Shown here: in pieces, positions 37,412-47,597 of the stretch
How the letters are laid out: each line of letters begins with the position of its first letter
Position numbering within the stretch: the first letter of the stretch is position 1
IMG/VR virus record: IMGVR_UViG_3300040806_001404
Length of the DNA stretch: 64,000 nucleotides
From: an uncultured virus (IMG/VR IMGVR_UViG_3300040806_001404)
Lineage: Duplodnaviria > Heunggongvirae > Uroviricota > Caudoviricetes
Reading direction: 5' to 3' (one strand)
Translations under genes and position numbers: made by a program
The notes under the pieces: model-generated
Seen by the model: the letters and a program-made list of their open reading frames with translations, nothing else
What the model was told of the DNA's origin: nothing
Database searches by the model: none

Positions 37412-40400
37412 CAGGAATCGCACTTGACATGACCTTTACTGCCATACTTGTTGCACTTCCTGGTGTGATTTGTAATAATATATTACCACTTGAAATTGTA
37501 GCATTGAATGTACCTAATGAAGCATTATCGAATAATGTTCCATATTCTGTAATATAAACAGTTGTACCATCATGAATTAAATTAATTTCTGTTGAATGGT
37601 AATCTGTTCCTTGTGTACATTGTACTAAATATTTAATTGTTCTATATGTTGCTGCAGCATGTGTTGCAATTGTTGTTGCACTTGTAGATGCTACAGTTGT
37701 TGCTGTAACTGTTTGTGGTATTAATACGGTTGTATCATACATTGTTGCATCATCAATTGACCCTACAGCTGGTTGTTGTAATTCAGTTGTTTTAGGTATA
37801 ATAACCTCAATTGAATCACCACTTGCTGGTGCACCTGTAAATGATAATGTTGTACCACTAACACTATATTCTGATTTTTCCTGATATACACCATCTAAAT
37901 AAACGAATGTATTATTTTCATTCATTGGTGCAAGTGTTAATGTAAAGTCTGTTGTACTATTATCACCAGTAAAGTTATTTCTTACAAGTGATTGACCTGA
38001 TATTAAATCACTGACAATATGAACAACAACTTCTTCGCCAGAACCTGGAGCACCTGAAAGAGTTAATGTACTACTAGTTAATGAATATGAATTTTTATTC
38101 TGATAAACACCTTCGACAAATACAATTAAATTATCTTCTGAACTTGGTGTAACACTTAAAACAAAATCAGTAGTAACTGCATCAGCTGTTGTAAATAAAT
38201 CTGTTGTAAATGGAGAATAAGATGTTCTTCCATCAATTGTAACTGTATCTGTTGAAGCATCTGTTGTAATTGCAACACCATTTTGACCAACCAATGTTAA
38301 TGTATCATTTGTGCTATCTGCTGCAACAGTTGTTTGTCCACTTACTGCAATATTACCAAATGCATTATCTCCAGTAGCATTATTTGTAATTGTAATTGTA
38401 TCAGTAGAAGCATTTGTAGTAATTGCAATACCTGTACCTGCTGCCAATGTTAATGTATCAGTTGCACTATCTGCAACTACATCACTTTGACCACTAACGG
38501 CAATTGTTTCAAATAAGTTTTGTATTGCTCCACTACTTACTGTTGCAAAACTTAAATTACCAGAACCATCTGTTTGTAATACTTGTCCACTTGAACCATC
38601 GCTGGTTGGAAACTTGTATGCGTTGTTAAATGTAATAGCACCACTATCGTTACCATCAATCTTAAATTGCACATCACTCAAATTACTGGCATCAACTGAT
38701 GTACCGTCTGTGGTAACTGCAACCGTAAACTGTGTTCTGTTAGCATTGTTGGTGTTGTCAAAAGCAAACTGTCCACCAACAATAAGTGCTGAACCATTAT
38801 AGTATTCGTGGTTACTTCTAAATAGATAATCACCTGATTGTATAGCACTTGGTGAGGCAATTGTACCTCTGTATCTTCTTGTTCTTACATCTGGAGCGTC
38901 AGCACTATTGTTATACTGCTCCATACGAATTTGTGCTGTTTGAGCACCTTCGCCTGTCATATGTAATGTTACGTCAGGTGAGGATTGATTAATACCTAAT
39001 CTATTATTGCTAGTATCAACTGCTAAAGTGCTATCGCTTACAATGCTAGAGCCATCTCCACCAACAACAAGTAATTCGTTAGCAGAACCTAATGTAATAC
39101 CAGTAACACCATCTAGGTAGTTGAGTTCTGCTACTGTTGATGTTAGTGCAGTAGTCCCATCATTTAATGTTCCGTAAGTTACTGTACCTGTTACATTAAT
39201 GCCATGAGAAAAATCAAACTCTGAATTTGATTGATTCCAAAGAATAGTAGAATCTGTTGTACTATTAACAGCATCTTGTATTGTAATACCAGCTCCATTG
39301 GCTGAACCTGATGTATCTCCACTTCCGTAATTAAGTGTAATATTTTTATCTTCTACATCTAAAGTTGCTGTATTTAAAGTTGTGGTTGTACCTTCAACAG
39401 TTAGGTTTCCAGTAATTGTAGCATTACCTGCAACACTAATATTTGTAGAAGTAATATCATCTGATGTTAATGTTCCATCAACTTGTACATCATTAAATTG
39501 TACATCAGCTGATGTACCAACATCTTGTCCTATTGAAATAGTTCCTGTTGAATATGTAACACCTGTGCCACCACTTAAATGAGAATCAACTCTTGCAGTT
39601 GTAAAATATAAATTACCACTTTCTGGTACAATAGAAGTATTTAATGCAGCAGTTGATGCTTGATTACTTGCATTACCAATAAATATATCACCATCGTCTA
39701 AATTAGGTACTGCATTACTTCTTCCAGCACCCATAATAAATATGGACCCAGCTGAATTATCTGACCTTGTGACTTTTGCTATTTTTTGTATTTTTGATGA
39801 TTCACCTGTTGGTGCAGTAGATGTTAATGCACCTGCTGTGGTAGAAACAAATAATTCATCACCTTCTGAAAAACTTGATGTATCTAATCCACTTAATCTA
39901 CCAAATGTGTATATTGAAACTGACGCATTTAAACTTGCATCGGCAGCAACAACACCAAAGGCTGGCATTTTTGCAGAGTCATCTGCATCTGCTTTAGAAA
40001 CAACTGTTGTATTTCCAGAGATACCAGATATATAAACAACATCACCTTTTGATAAAGCTTCTCCAGCTTTTGCTTTAAATAGTGTTGCACCTCGCAAATC
40101 ACCTTGTATATCTCCAGTAATAATTGCTTCACCAGCAACTGTTAAATCACCTGATATACTTAAATCTGCAGCATCTAATGTAGTAACATTTCTACTTCCA
40201 ATAACTACTTCAATTGAAGCACCATTAGGAACATTTGCATCGAAGGTTAATGTTGTACCTGAAACTGTATATGTATCTTTTTCCTGATAAACACCATCGA
40301 CAAATACGATTGTATTTTCTTCTGTATCTGGGTTTGTTGTAAGAGTATATGCTGCGGTTGAACCATTACCTGTAAATGTATTAGTGACCATATCACCAGT

Positions 40401-40823
40401 ACCAAGCACCTTAACAAAGGTTGATATTTGTAATATGTCACTTGTAGCTGCTCCATTAACTAATACAACAGAATTACCAGTTGTTGCAGTATAATCTGTT
40501 CCATTCTCTAATAGAACACCATTTAGGAATACTTGTAAATATCCTACAACATATGAAAGTGTTTGTGAATTATCGTCTGAACCTGAGAAACTTGTTTGGT
40601 TATTTGTGGCCGTATAAACATATTCTTTATAAACTGCTGTTTGTTGTGTCCCAGAATCTCCACCAATTTCTACAATTGATTCTGTACCTGAAATATTTTT
40701 CTTAAGGAATAGTTTACCATCATAGGTGTTAATCGCTAACTCACCTAAGTCTAAATTACTTGTAGTTGGAATGGCCCCTGCTGTCGCAGAACGCCTAAGC
40801 TTTATGTTAGTATTTCGGGCCAA
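37407..40823 (-). CDS. multi-domain fibre/baseplate-attached protein (1138 aa, TTG start)
   Basis: IKLRRS...GELAINTYDGKLF N-terminus, four V(F/Y).(D/N/E)GV.Q...Y..SG.TL beta domains, neck module, VADS..DTLTL repeats; AGGAG SD before TTG. Confidence 0.75.
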   Translation of the reverse strand: MARNTNIKLRRSATAGAIPTTSNLDLGELAINTYDGKLFLKKNISGTESIVEIGGDSGTQQTAVYKEYVYTATNNQTSFSGSDDNSQTLSYVVGYLQVFLNGVLLENGTDYTATTGNSVVLVNGAATSDILQISTFVKVLGTGDMVTNTFTGNGSTAAYTLTTNPDTEENTIVFVDGVYQEKDTYTVSGTTLTFDANVPNGASIEVVIGSRNVTTLDAADLSISGDLTVAGEAIITGDIQGDLRGATLFKAKAGEALSKGDVVYISGISGNTTVVSKADADDSAKMPAFGVVAADASLNASVSIYTFGRLSGLDTSSFSEGDELFVSTTAGALTSTAPTGESSKIQKIAKVTRSDNSAGSIFIMGAGRSNAVPNLDDGDIFIGNASNQASTAALNTSIVPESGNLYFTTARVDSHLSGGTGVTYSTGTISIGQDVGTSADVQFNDVQVDGTLTSDDITSTNISVAGNATITGNLTVEGTTTTLNTATLDVEDKNITLNYGSGDTSGSANGAGITIQDAVNSTTDSTILWNQSNSEFDFSHGINVTGTVTYGTLNDGTTALTSTVAELNYLDGVTGITLGSANELLVVGGDGSSIVSDSTLAVDTSNNRLGINQSSPDVTLHMTGEGAQTAQIRMEQYNNSADAPDVRTRRYRGTIASPSAIQSGDYLFRSNHEYYNGSALIVGGQFAFDNTNNANRTQFTVAVTTDGTSVDASNLSDVQFKIDGNDSGAITFNNAYKFPTSDGSSGQVLQTDGSGNLSFATVSSGAIQNLFETIAVSGQSDVVADSATDTLTLAAGTGIAITTNASTDTITITNNATGDNAFGNIAVSGQTTVAADSTNDTLTLVGQNGVAITTDASTDTVTIDGRTSYSPFTTDLFTTADAVTTDFVLSVTPSSEDNLIVFVEGVYQNKNSYSLTSSTLTLSGAPGSGEEVVVHIVSDLISGQSLVRNNFTGDNSTTDFTLTLAPMNENNTFVYLDGVYQEKSEYSVSGTTLSFTGAPASGDSIEVIIPKTTELQQPAVGSIDDATMYDTTVLIPQTVTATTVASTSATTIATHAAATYRTIKYLVQCTQGTDYHSTEINLIHDGTTVYITEYGTLFDNASLGTFNATISSGNILLQITPGSATSMAVKVMSSAIPV

Positions 40824-40901
40824 TTTTGGCTTCTCCTATTTTCAATCTCTATAAAGAGTTAATTTTAAATGTTCACCCTGTATATACAGGAATTATAAAA
40901 C

Positions 40902-40909
40902 TATTTATA
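40902..40909 (-). promoter_or_regulatory. T4 late promoter TATAAATA
   Basis: Exact consensus, intergenic. Confidence 0.8.
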
Positions 40910-42499
40910 TTAGTAGGTTCCGCCGTCTATAATATTAGAGAATGCTGGTACTCCACCACTATCTGCTTGTAATAAACTTCCATCTGCAGATGAAGCAGCT
41001 GTTACGTCAAGAGCATTTGAGCCATCACCATATAATACACCATTATCTGTAAATGATGATACTCCAGTACCACCGTGAGCAACTTCTAAATCATTTGTTA
41101 ATGTGACGGTTCCTGTTACGCTTAAATTATCATCAACAGTAACTGTTCCACCAGCTGAATCAATTGTTAGATTACCAGATACTGTATCAATTTCATTATC
41201 GCCAGTAATACCAATTTGTATATTACCTAAGTCAGCACCAGTACCATATATATTACCAAATTCTGCATCACTCCAAGGTGTTGAGAAATCGTCTGATGTT
41301 ACTGTTTCGTCTTTTGTAAATACAAATCTTTGTGACTGAATATCAAAACCAAAGAAACCTGTTGCAACTGCTGAACCTGTTCCCCACTTAAATCTTACAC
41401 CACGGTCAAGACCATCTGATGTATTTGAGGTTGTATTGTCAGCTAATGCAAGTACTGGGTCATCAATTGTAACTGTTGTTGATTCAACTGTAGTAGTTGT
41501 ACCTTGAACTGTTAAGTTACCAGCAATAACAACTGTATCTGATGTTGCGTTACCTAAGCTAACATTACCATTAACTTGTAAAGTACCATCAACAACTGTA
41601 TTACCTGTAGCGCCTGCAACAGTAAAGTTGCCTGAGCCTACGTCTAAATCTGTTGTGACTGTTAAATCATTTCCAATTGTGACATCATCTGGTAATGCAA
41701 TGTTTAGAGTTACATCAGTACCTGATTTTGAAGATGTAGTAACAATTTCATTTGCTGTACCAGTAATTTGTAAATCATCTGTTAATAAATCAACATCACC
41801 TGTACCACTATCACCATCAACTGTTAAAGCAGTAGCAACTGCAACTGTAGAAGCAGCGGTTAATCTACCTTGTGCATCAACTGTAAAGGTTGGAATTTGT
41901 GTTTGTGAACCGTATGAACCTGCTGTGACTGCAGTATTATCTAGGTTTAATGTTACTGTATTACTTGAGCCAACAGAAGTTAATCCTGTTCCACCAGCAA
42001 TTGTTAATGTTTCTGAATCAAGGTCAATTGATAAAGCACCACCTGAATCAGCTTGGAAATCTAAATCTTGAGCCGTAACTTCAGCATCAATGTATGTCTT
42101 TAAAGCTGCAGCTGTAATAAGCTGTGCATTAGTAGGAGAACCTGGCATTGTTGTTTCAATACTTGTAACGACTTGTCCACTTCCACCTGATGTTTCTAAT
42201 GCTAAATTTTCAATATTAAGTGTATCAATATGTAGATTATTATCTAATATTACTGCACTACTTGCTGTTGCTGTACCATGTGTATGGTCCAACATATCGG
42301 TAAAATACTTACCGCCTATTATTTCTTGTGCACTTGCTATTCCACCGGATTCTGAACCGGTACCAATATAAACTCTACCACCGCCGTTGCTTACTGTACC
42401 ACCGCCGTATGTATAGGCGATTTCACCTGTTTTTAGAAGATTGGATGGTGCACTTGTCCCACTACTCGTAAGATGTTTTATTCTTGTTAAAGCTGCCAT
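40910..42499 (-). CDS. fibre-like virion structural protein (529 aa)
   Basis: GEIAY..IGGKYFTDMLDH, VTAGSYGS...IPTFTVDAQGRLT, GNLTVQGTTTTVEST, IDGGTY end. Confidence 0.72.
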   Translation of the reverse strand: MAALTRIKHLTSSGTSAPSNLLKTGEIAYTYGGGTVSNGGGRVYIGTGSESGGIASAQEIIGGKYFTDMLDHTHGTATASSAVILDNNLHIDTLNIENLALETSGGSGQVVTSIETTMPGSPTNAQLITAAALKTYIDAEVTAQDLDFQADSGGALSIDLDSETLTIAGGTGLTSVGSSNTVTLNLDNTAVTAGSYGSQTQIPTFTVDAQGRLTAASTVAVATALTVDGDSGTGDVDLLTDDLQITGTANEIVTTSSKSGTDVTLNIALPDDVTIGNDLTVTTDLDVGSGNFTVAGATGNTVVDGTLQVNGNVSLGNATSDTVVIAGNLTVQGTTTTVESTTVTIDDPVLALADNTTSNTSDGLDRGVRFKWGTGSAVATGFFGFDIQSQRFVFTKDETVTSDDFSTPWSDAEFGNIYGTGADLGNIQIGITGDNEIDTVSGNLTIDSAGGTVTVDDNLSVTGTVTLTNDLEVAHGGTGVSSFTDNGVLYGDGSNALDVTAASSADGSLLQADSGGVPAFSNIIDGGTY

Positions 42500-42502
42500 T
42501 TT

Positions 42503-42748
42503 TTAAAATACTCCTCCCGTAATTGTTAAATTCTCATTCTCAATAGTTGTTGTAGCGTCCCATTTTGTTGTAGAGCCATTATATACTAAAACTGCTCCAT
42601 CTGAGGTTCCTGCAGCATTAATGTCAGTTAAATCTGTTAATGCAACGTTACCTACCTTCAACGTTTGAGCTACAATTCTATTTGGGTCGCCTTTAACTTT
42701 AGCAGAAATATTCGGGTTTTGATTTATTCTTCCTTTAAAAGTTGTCAT
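42503..42748 (-). CDS. small virion structural protein
   Basis: LTDLTDI....DGAVLVYN....KW...ITGGVF; tightly packed with neighbours. Confidence 0.65.
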   Translation of the reverse strand: MTTFKGRINQNPNISAKVKGDPNRIVAQTLKVGNVALTDLTDINAAGTSDGAVLVYNGSTTKWDATTTIENENLTITGGVF

Positions 42749-43083
42749 TACTGTGTAACTCCTGGTGTAATTTCTAATTGTCCTTCCAGAACTCTTGTCT
42801 TTGTACCGCCAGAGCTTGTGATTTCTACATCATAAACATATCTACCGGCTTTCATAGCATTAGTTTGGCTATTTGTTAAACTAATATTTAATACTCCACT
42901 TGTAGATGGGTCCGCAACTGCAACTGCAAAATTTACAGCTGTTGTTGATGAATATGTTTTCCTAATTTGACCTGCACCAGTATAACCAGTCAAATCAATA
43001 TTATCTCCATCACTATCAGCTACGTCAATAGAAGCTGAGTAATCAGCTCCTTGGTCCACTACTATGTTAGAGTATACTGCCAT
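42748..43083 (-). CDS. small Ig-like fibre attachment/adaptor protein
   Basis: DQGADY, DLTGYT..QIRK.YSS, LT..QT....GRYVYDVEI, RVLEG...TPGVT. Confidence 0.7.
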   Translation of the reverse strand: MAVYSNIVVDQGADYSASIDVADSDGDNIDLTGYTGAGQIRKTYSSTTAVNFAVAVADPSTSGVLNISLTNSQTNAMKAGRYVYDVEITSSGGTKTRVLEGQLEITPGVTQ

Positions 43084-43090
43084 TTTTTCT

Positions 43091-46000
43091 CTATACCTTC
43101 TTATTTATACTTTTTAATTCTTCGACTTCAGCCTTTAATTCATTAATTGCATTTATTAATAATGGAACTAATTTTTCATATTTAACTGCTTTATAGCCAT
43201 CGTGTTCTCTTGTTTCGACAATTTCTGGTACTACCTTTTCAACTTCTTGAGCAATAACACCAACATCATGTCCTTCGTAAACTTCTTGTTTATCATTCCA
43301 ATCAAATTCATATCCTTTTAATTGTCCAACTTTTTCTAATGAATTTTTTATTGGAGTAATATTATCTTTTAATCTTTCATCTGATGAATAGAAAGCAACA
43401 ACATCACCCGTACAACGTATTGTATTTGCAGTAGAGCCTGATGTCTGACCTACCATTAAACCTTCAAAGTGAACATTTGAATTGTTATTCGTTGCTTGGT
43501 TTGATGAATATGTTGTATATCCAGGACCATTTGTAAATTGGTTTAAGTTTGAATATGTTGTATTAGTATCTGTTGATGAGATATTAAATACTCCAGTTGA
43601 TGGTTCAGTGATCGTTACATTTGAACCACTTTGTAAAGTAATATTACCTGTTCTATATGAACCTGAGTCTTCTCTTATTTGAGTGACTGTATTTGTATTA
43701 GTGACAGTTTCTGTAGCTGAAGTAATACCAGTAATGTGACCATGTGTATCAAGAGTAATATCTTGAATATAAGTTCTACCACTATTATTTACAGATGCTT
43801 GTGAAGATGTATCAGCATGATTAATTGTAATTGTACCATTACTTGATTGGTCAGTTGTAAATGAACCGCCACCACTTAATGATGTTCCAGCTGCTATACT
43901 TATTGTTGCGTTATTTGGATTTGTAGTATTTGTAGCTCCATCAGCAACATTTATAAAACTTCTAATTGCACCTGCAGTACCATGCCTTATAAATCCATCA
44001 TTACCAGTTTCTACACAAACTTTAGTTATACCTGAAGATACATCATTTGGACTAGTATTAAAGTAATTAGCATAAATATATCCACCCGAAGTTCTTTGTA
44101 CGATTGTACTATTACTTGCTGCACTTGATGAATTTAATGCGACAGTAAATGTATTATTACCAGTTTGGTTAGCTGTAAATGTTTGTGAACCACTTAAACC
44201 GCCACCAGAAGTATTCATTGTTAAAGTACCATTACCTAAAGTAAATGACCCTGTTGAAGCTGCTGTAACGTGACCATGAGTATCGAATGTTAAATCTTGT
44301 ACAAAGGTTGTACCACTTGCATTAATGTTTGAAACACTTGAAGTATCTGCGTGATTAAATGTTATTACATTATTTGTAGCACTGTATCCTACAGTCATTG
44401 ATGTACCAGCGGCAAAAGAAACAACTTCATTTTCTGAAATAAGTCCTCGTGCAGTTCCACCAACTGTTAAATTCCATCCATCGTATGGGTCAACTGAACC
44501 AGATGCTAAACCTGTTATATGACCATGAGTATCAAGTGTAATATCTTGAATAAATGTATTACCACTATTATTAATAGATGCTTGTGAAGATGTATCTGAG
44601 TGATTAATTGTTAAAGTATCACCACTTACTGATGTATCAATAAATGTACCACCAGTAATTGTAAGTGTATCGTTATTATTATCTGCAACAGCTGTACCTG
44701 AATCAGAAGCTACGTTTTTAAATATGTTTTGAGATGAACCTTTATCTGTATTTGTATACGTTACAGCATAACCTGCCACTACTTCGCTAAGTCCGCTTCC
44801 TGCAGTAAATGTTAAATTATCGCCAGGACCAAAATCAACTCCTTCAACTTGAGGAGTTGAAAGTGTAGCACTAGAAAGAATTAGTGAACCATCTGCTTCC
44901 CATCTATCAGTTGCATAGTTATATACAATTGAGTGAGCGCCTGTAACGCCAGAAGCAACGCCACTTGGACTTGTAATTGGTCCAACCTCTAAACCAAAAC
45001 CGCCTGAACTTGGTTCTGAACTTAAATCATTACCTGCAAGAACTAATGTATCTTCTACTTCTAATGTTGAAGTATTTAAAACTGTTTGTGTTCCATTAAC
45101 AGTTAAATTACCGGTAATTGTAGTATTTCCTGCTATTGTAGCATTACCATTAACTGCAAAATTATTATCACCTGGGTCAGCTCCTGTTGTGCCAACTCTT
45201 AATCCAGCTGTTCTTGTATAATCTGTGACAACTAAGTTATTACCTATCGTAACATCATTTGGTAATCCAATTGTAACTGCTGCTGTTTCTGAACCAGAAC
45301 CTGATACTTCAATTTCATTTGATGTACCAGCAATAGTTGCAATATAGTTTCCTGTTGTTTTTGTTCCTAGAGCAACTGAATTATTATCCAATGAAGTATT
45401 AAATGTTGCATTAGATAAATTTGTAACTGTCACTGAACCTGATATAGGACCTGTTCCTAATGTAATTGTAAAATCATCTACGTTAAAATCAAAGTTTTGA
45501 TTTGTTCCATCCCAATCTACACTAATGCCAGCTTCAGCATTACTTTGTATTAAATCTTTTGCATTATAGAATGTGACAATATCAGCTGTTCCTGTTGTAC
45601 CATCGTCTTCCATTCCAACTACTTGCCATGCTCTTTCTGGTTTTGTAGAAACTAATGATTCATTCCATTGTACTTTAACATCATGATTAGTCATTGTACC
45701 TGATGGTGTAATATAATCTCTGTCTACTTGAAGACCCATTGCTGAAACTTCACCATCAAGATTAAGGAATGCTGAACCAAAGTTAGCAACACCGCCTGCA
45801 GCTGATACTAATAATGTACCATCTGATATATCTAAAGTAGTACCTGGACCAAAATCAAAAGTTCCATTACTTCCTTCAACTCTATAATTTACATTACCTG
45901 TTAATGTTTGAATAATACTACCACTACTTGGATTACCAACAGCTCTTCCTAATTTATTTTCTGATAATTCTCTTATAGCTGCTGATATATTTGTTGCACT

Positions 46001-47386
46001 TAGTTCATCTAATGTAGTTGTTCCATGAGTAAATGTCATATTACCTATATCTGACTCATGTTCATTTATAGCTCCTGTATGAGTGCTTGCACTTGTTGTT
46101 AAAGTAGCACTTCCTAATTCAGTGTGTAATTGACTTAAGGCTCCAGTGATTGTATTATTGCCTGAAGCAATACTTGTAATACTAACATTACCTATTTGTG
46201 TTTCATGTTCTGCAATTGCACCACTTACTGTTGAAGCTGATGTTCCCATTGCACCTGCAGTAATTGTACCTAATTCAGCATCTAATTCATTAACAGCTGA
46301 AGTAAGTGTAGTACCTGTTGTTGTAAGAGAATTATTACCTTGCAATGCGTCTAATTCATTAATCGCATCTGTTAAGTCTGTAGCTGTTGTTGTAAGCGAC
46401 ATGTCACCAATATCAACTTCATGTTCATTAATTGAACCAACTAAATCGTTTGCAGTTGTATTTAATGTATAGTTACTAGTTGTACCTCTTACAGCTGTTT
46501 CTATTTCATTTAAAGCTCCAACAACATTTGATGTAACGTCTGTACCTAATGAAGTATGAGCACCTAATTCTGTTCTTAATTCTTCAATAGCATCTTGGAA
46601 TCCAGTAGATGATAATCCACTAAAGACAACATTACCTGTTCCATATAAATCTGTTTCATGCTCATTAACTGCATTAGTTAATATTTTAGCTCCAGTAGAT
46701 AAATTTTCTACGATTCCAACATCATCTTGTAATTCATTAACTGCATCTACTAAACTTGTTGAATCAACTATAACAACATCACTCGTACTAGCGCCAGTTA
46801 TTAACTCTATTAATATACCATGACCAGCATCAATATCTGTTTTTGCTGAAATATTAGCAGCCGCCACTCTTTTATTTGCATCAGTGTGTGGAATACCTAC
46901 ATTAGCAGAAGTTGAAAATGTACCTGTGAATGATTTGAATCTTAAAGTTGTATCATCAGCAGATAATAATGTTCCACTAAATCCATTTGATTGCGTTAAT
47001 ACTGCGTTTTCTACAAATTCAGATGGTATAGTAGGCGAACCTGTTAACGTTACTTTTAAACTATAATTAGGAACTTTAAAATTTGCAGCTTCTAATCCTT
47101 GAGTTAATGATACACCTTGTTTTGTTACTCTTACCGCTCCAACTCTATATGACTCTGCAACTCCAGTTGTTTTATCGATTGTTTGTTCAGGTAATACTTC
47201 AAAACGGCCACTTAGTTCAAAAAGCTTTTGACCAGACGTAGCAGTAAATGATTCTTTTTTATCTCCAATATTAGTGTGTATAAGGTTATCATCACCAACA
47301 TTTCTAATAGAAAGTTCATTACTTTTTTGTCTAAACTCTTCTAGAGTATTTGATTTTAGTGTTCTTACTTCGTCTCTAATTGCCAT
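43091..47386 (-). CDS. long fibre protein with coiled-coil repeats and S74-type chaperone (1431 aa)
   Basis: Many T.A..L..A(I/V)NE repeats, three NH.DTSS...QD.T.DTHGH repeats, SSDERLKDNI...GVIAQEVEKV.PE...AVKYEKLVPLLI. Confidence 0.82.
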   Translation of the reverse strand: MAIRDEVRTLKSNTLEEFRQKSNELSIRNVGDDNLIHTNIGDKKESFTATSGQKLFELSGRFEVLPEQTIDKTTGVAESYRVGAVRVTKQGVSLTQGLEAANFKVPNYSLKVTLTGSPTIPSEFVENAVLTQSNGFSGTLLSADDTTLRFKSFTGTFSTSANVGIPHTDANKRVAAANISAKTDIDAGHGILIELITGASTSDVVIVDSTSLVDAVNELQDDVGIVENLSTGAKILTNAVNEHETDLYGTGNVVFSGLSSTGFQDAIEELRTELGAHTSLGTDVTSNVVGALNEIETAVRGTTSNYTLNTTANDLVGSINEHEVDIGDMSLTTTATDLTDAINELDALQGNNSLTTTGTTLTSAVNELDAELGTITAGAMGTSASTVSGAIAEHETQIGNVSITSIASGNNTITGALSQLHTELGSATLTTSASTHTGAINEHESDIGNMTFTHGTTTLDELSATNISAAIRELSENKLGRAVGNPSSGSIIQTLTGNVNYRVEGSNGTFDFGPGTTLDISDGTLLVSAAGGVANFGSAFLNLDGEVSAMGLQVDRDYITPSGTMTNHDVKVQWNESLVSTKPERAWQVVGMEDDGTTGTADIVTFYNAKDLIQSNAEAGISVDWDGTNQNFDFNVDDFTITLGTGPISGSVTVTNLSNATFNTSLDNNSVALGTKTTGNYIATIAGTSNEIEVSGSGSETAAVTIGLPNDVTIGNNLVVTDYTRTAGLRVGTTGADPGDNNFAVNGNATIAGNTTITGNLTVNGTQTVLNTSTLEVEDTLVLAGNDLSSEPSSGGFGLEVGPITSPSGVASGVTGAHSIVYNYATDRWEADGSLILSSATLSTPQVEGVDFGPGDNLTFTAGSGLSEVVAGYAVTYTNTDKGSSQNIFKNVASDSGTAVADNNNDTLTITGGTFIDTSVSGDTLTINHSDTSSQASINNSGNTFIQDITLDTHGHITGLASGSVDPYDGWNLTVGGTARGLISENEVVSFAAGTSMTVGYSATNNVITFNHADTSSVSNINASGTTFVQDLTFDTHGHVTAASTGSFTLGNGTLTMNTSGGGLSGSQTFTANQTGNNTFTVALNSSSAASNSTIVQRTSGGYIYANYFNTSPNDVSSGITKVCVETGNDGFIRHGTAGAIRSFINVADGATNTTNPNNATISIAAGTSLSGGGSFTTDQSSNGTITINHADTSSQASVNNSGRTYIQDITLDTHGHITGITSATETVTNTNTVTQIREDSGSYRTGNITLQSGSNVTITEPSTGVFNISSTDTNTTYSNLNQFTNGPGYTTYSSNQATNNNSNVHFEGLMVGQTSGSTANTIRCTGDVVAFYSSDERLKDNITPIKNSLEKVGQLKGYEFDWNDKQEVYEGHDVGVIAQEVEKVVPEIVETREHDGYKAVKYEKLVPLLINAINELKAEVEELKSINKKV
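43102..43109 (-). promoter_or_regulatory. T4 late promoter TATAAATA
   Basis: Exact consensus within the last codons of the long fibre gene, 18 nt before the next ATG. Confidence 0.72.
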
Positions 47387-47589
47387 TATTTACTACCTAA
47401 TTTTTTTATAATCTTTTTAAGTTCTTCTATATCTGATTTCATTTGATTAAATTCAGATTCTTTTTGTTGTAGCTTTGCTTTTTGGTCGCGCCTATTTGCA
47501 AATGCTGTACTATTAGTATTTATAACAGCATGAGTAATAGTATCTTTTTCAAATCCTGGTAAATTTTCTACTTTTTTCTTTCTTGGCAT
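47386..47589 (-). CDS. small coiled-coil hypothetical protein; contains TATAAATA at 47517-47524
   Basis: KVE...F.KD..T.AVIN...MKSDIEELK; follows the VrlC-like gene. Confidence 0.7.
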   Translation of the reverse strand: MPRKKKVENLPGFEKDTITHAVINTNSTAFANRRDQKAKLQQKESEFNQMKSDIEELKKIIKKLGSK

Positions 47590-47597
47590 AATCTATC

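Noticed and set aside
21677..47386. Diversity-generating retroelement or invertase shufflon acting on the fibres
   Set aside because: No reverse transcriptase or recombinase ORF in the window, no TR/VR pair with adenine-specific mismatches seen, and all repeats are direct with no inverted cassettes.
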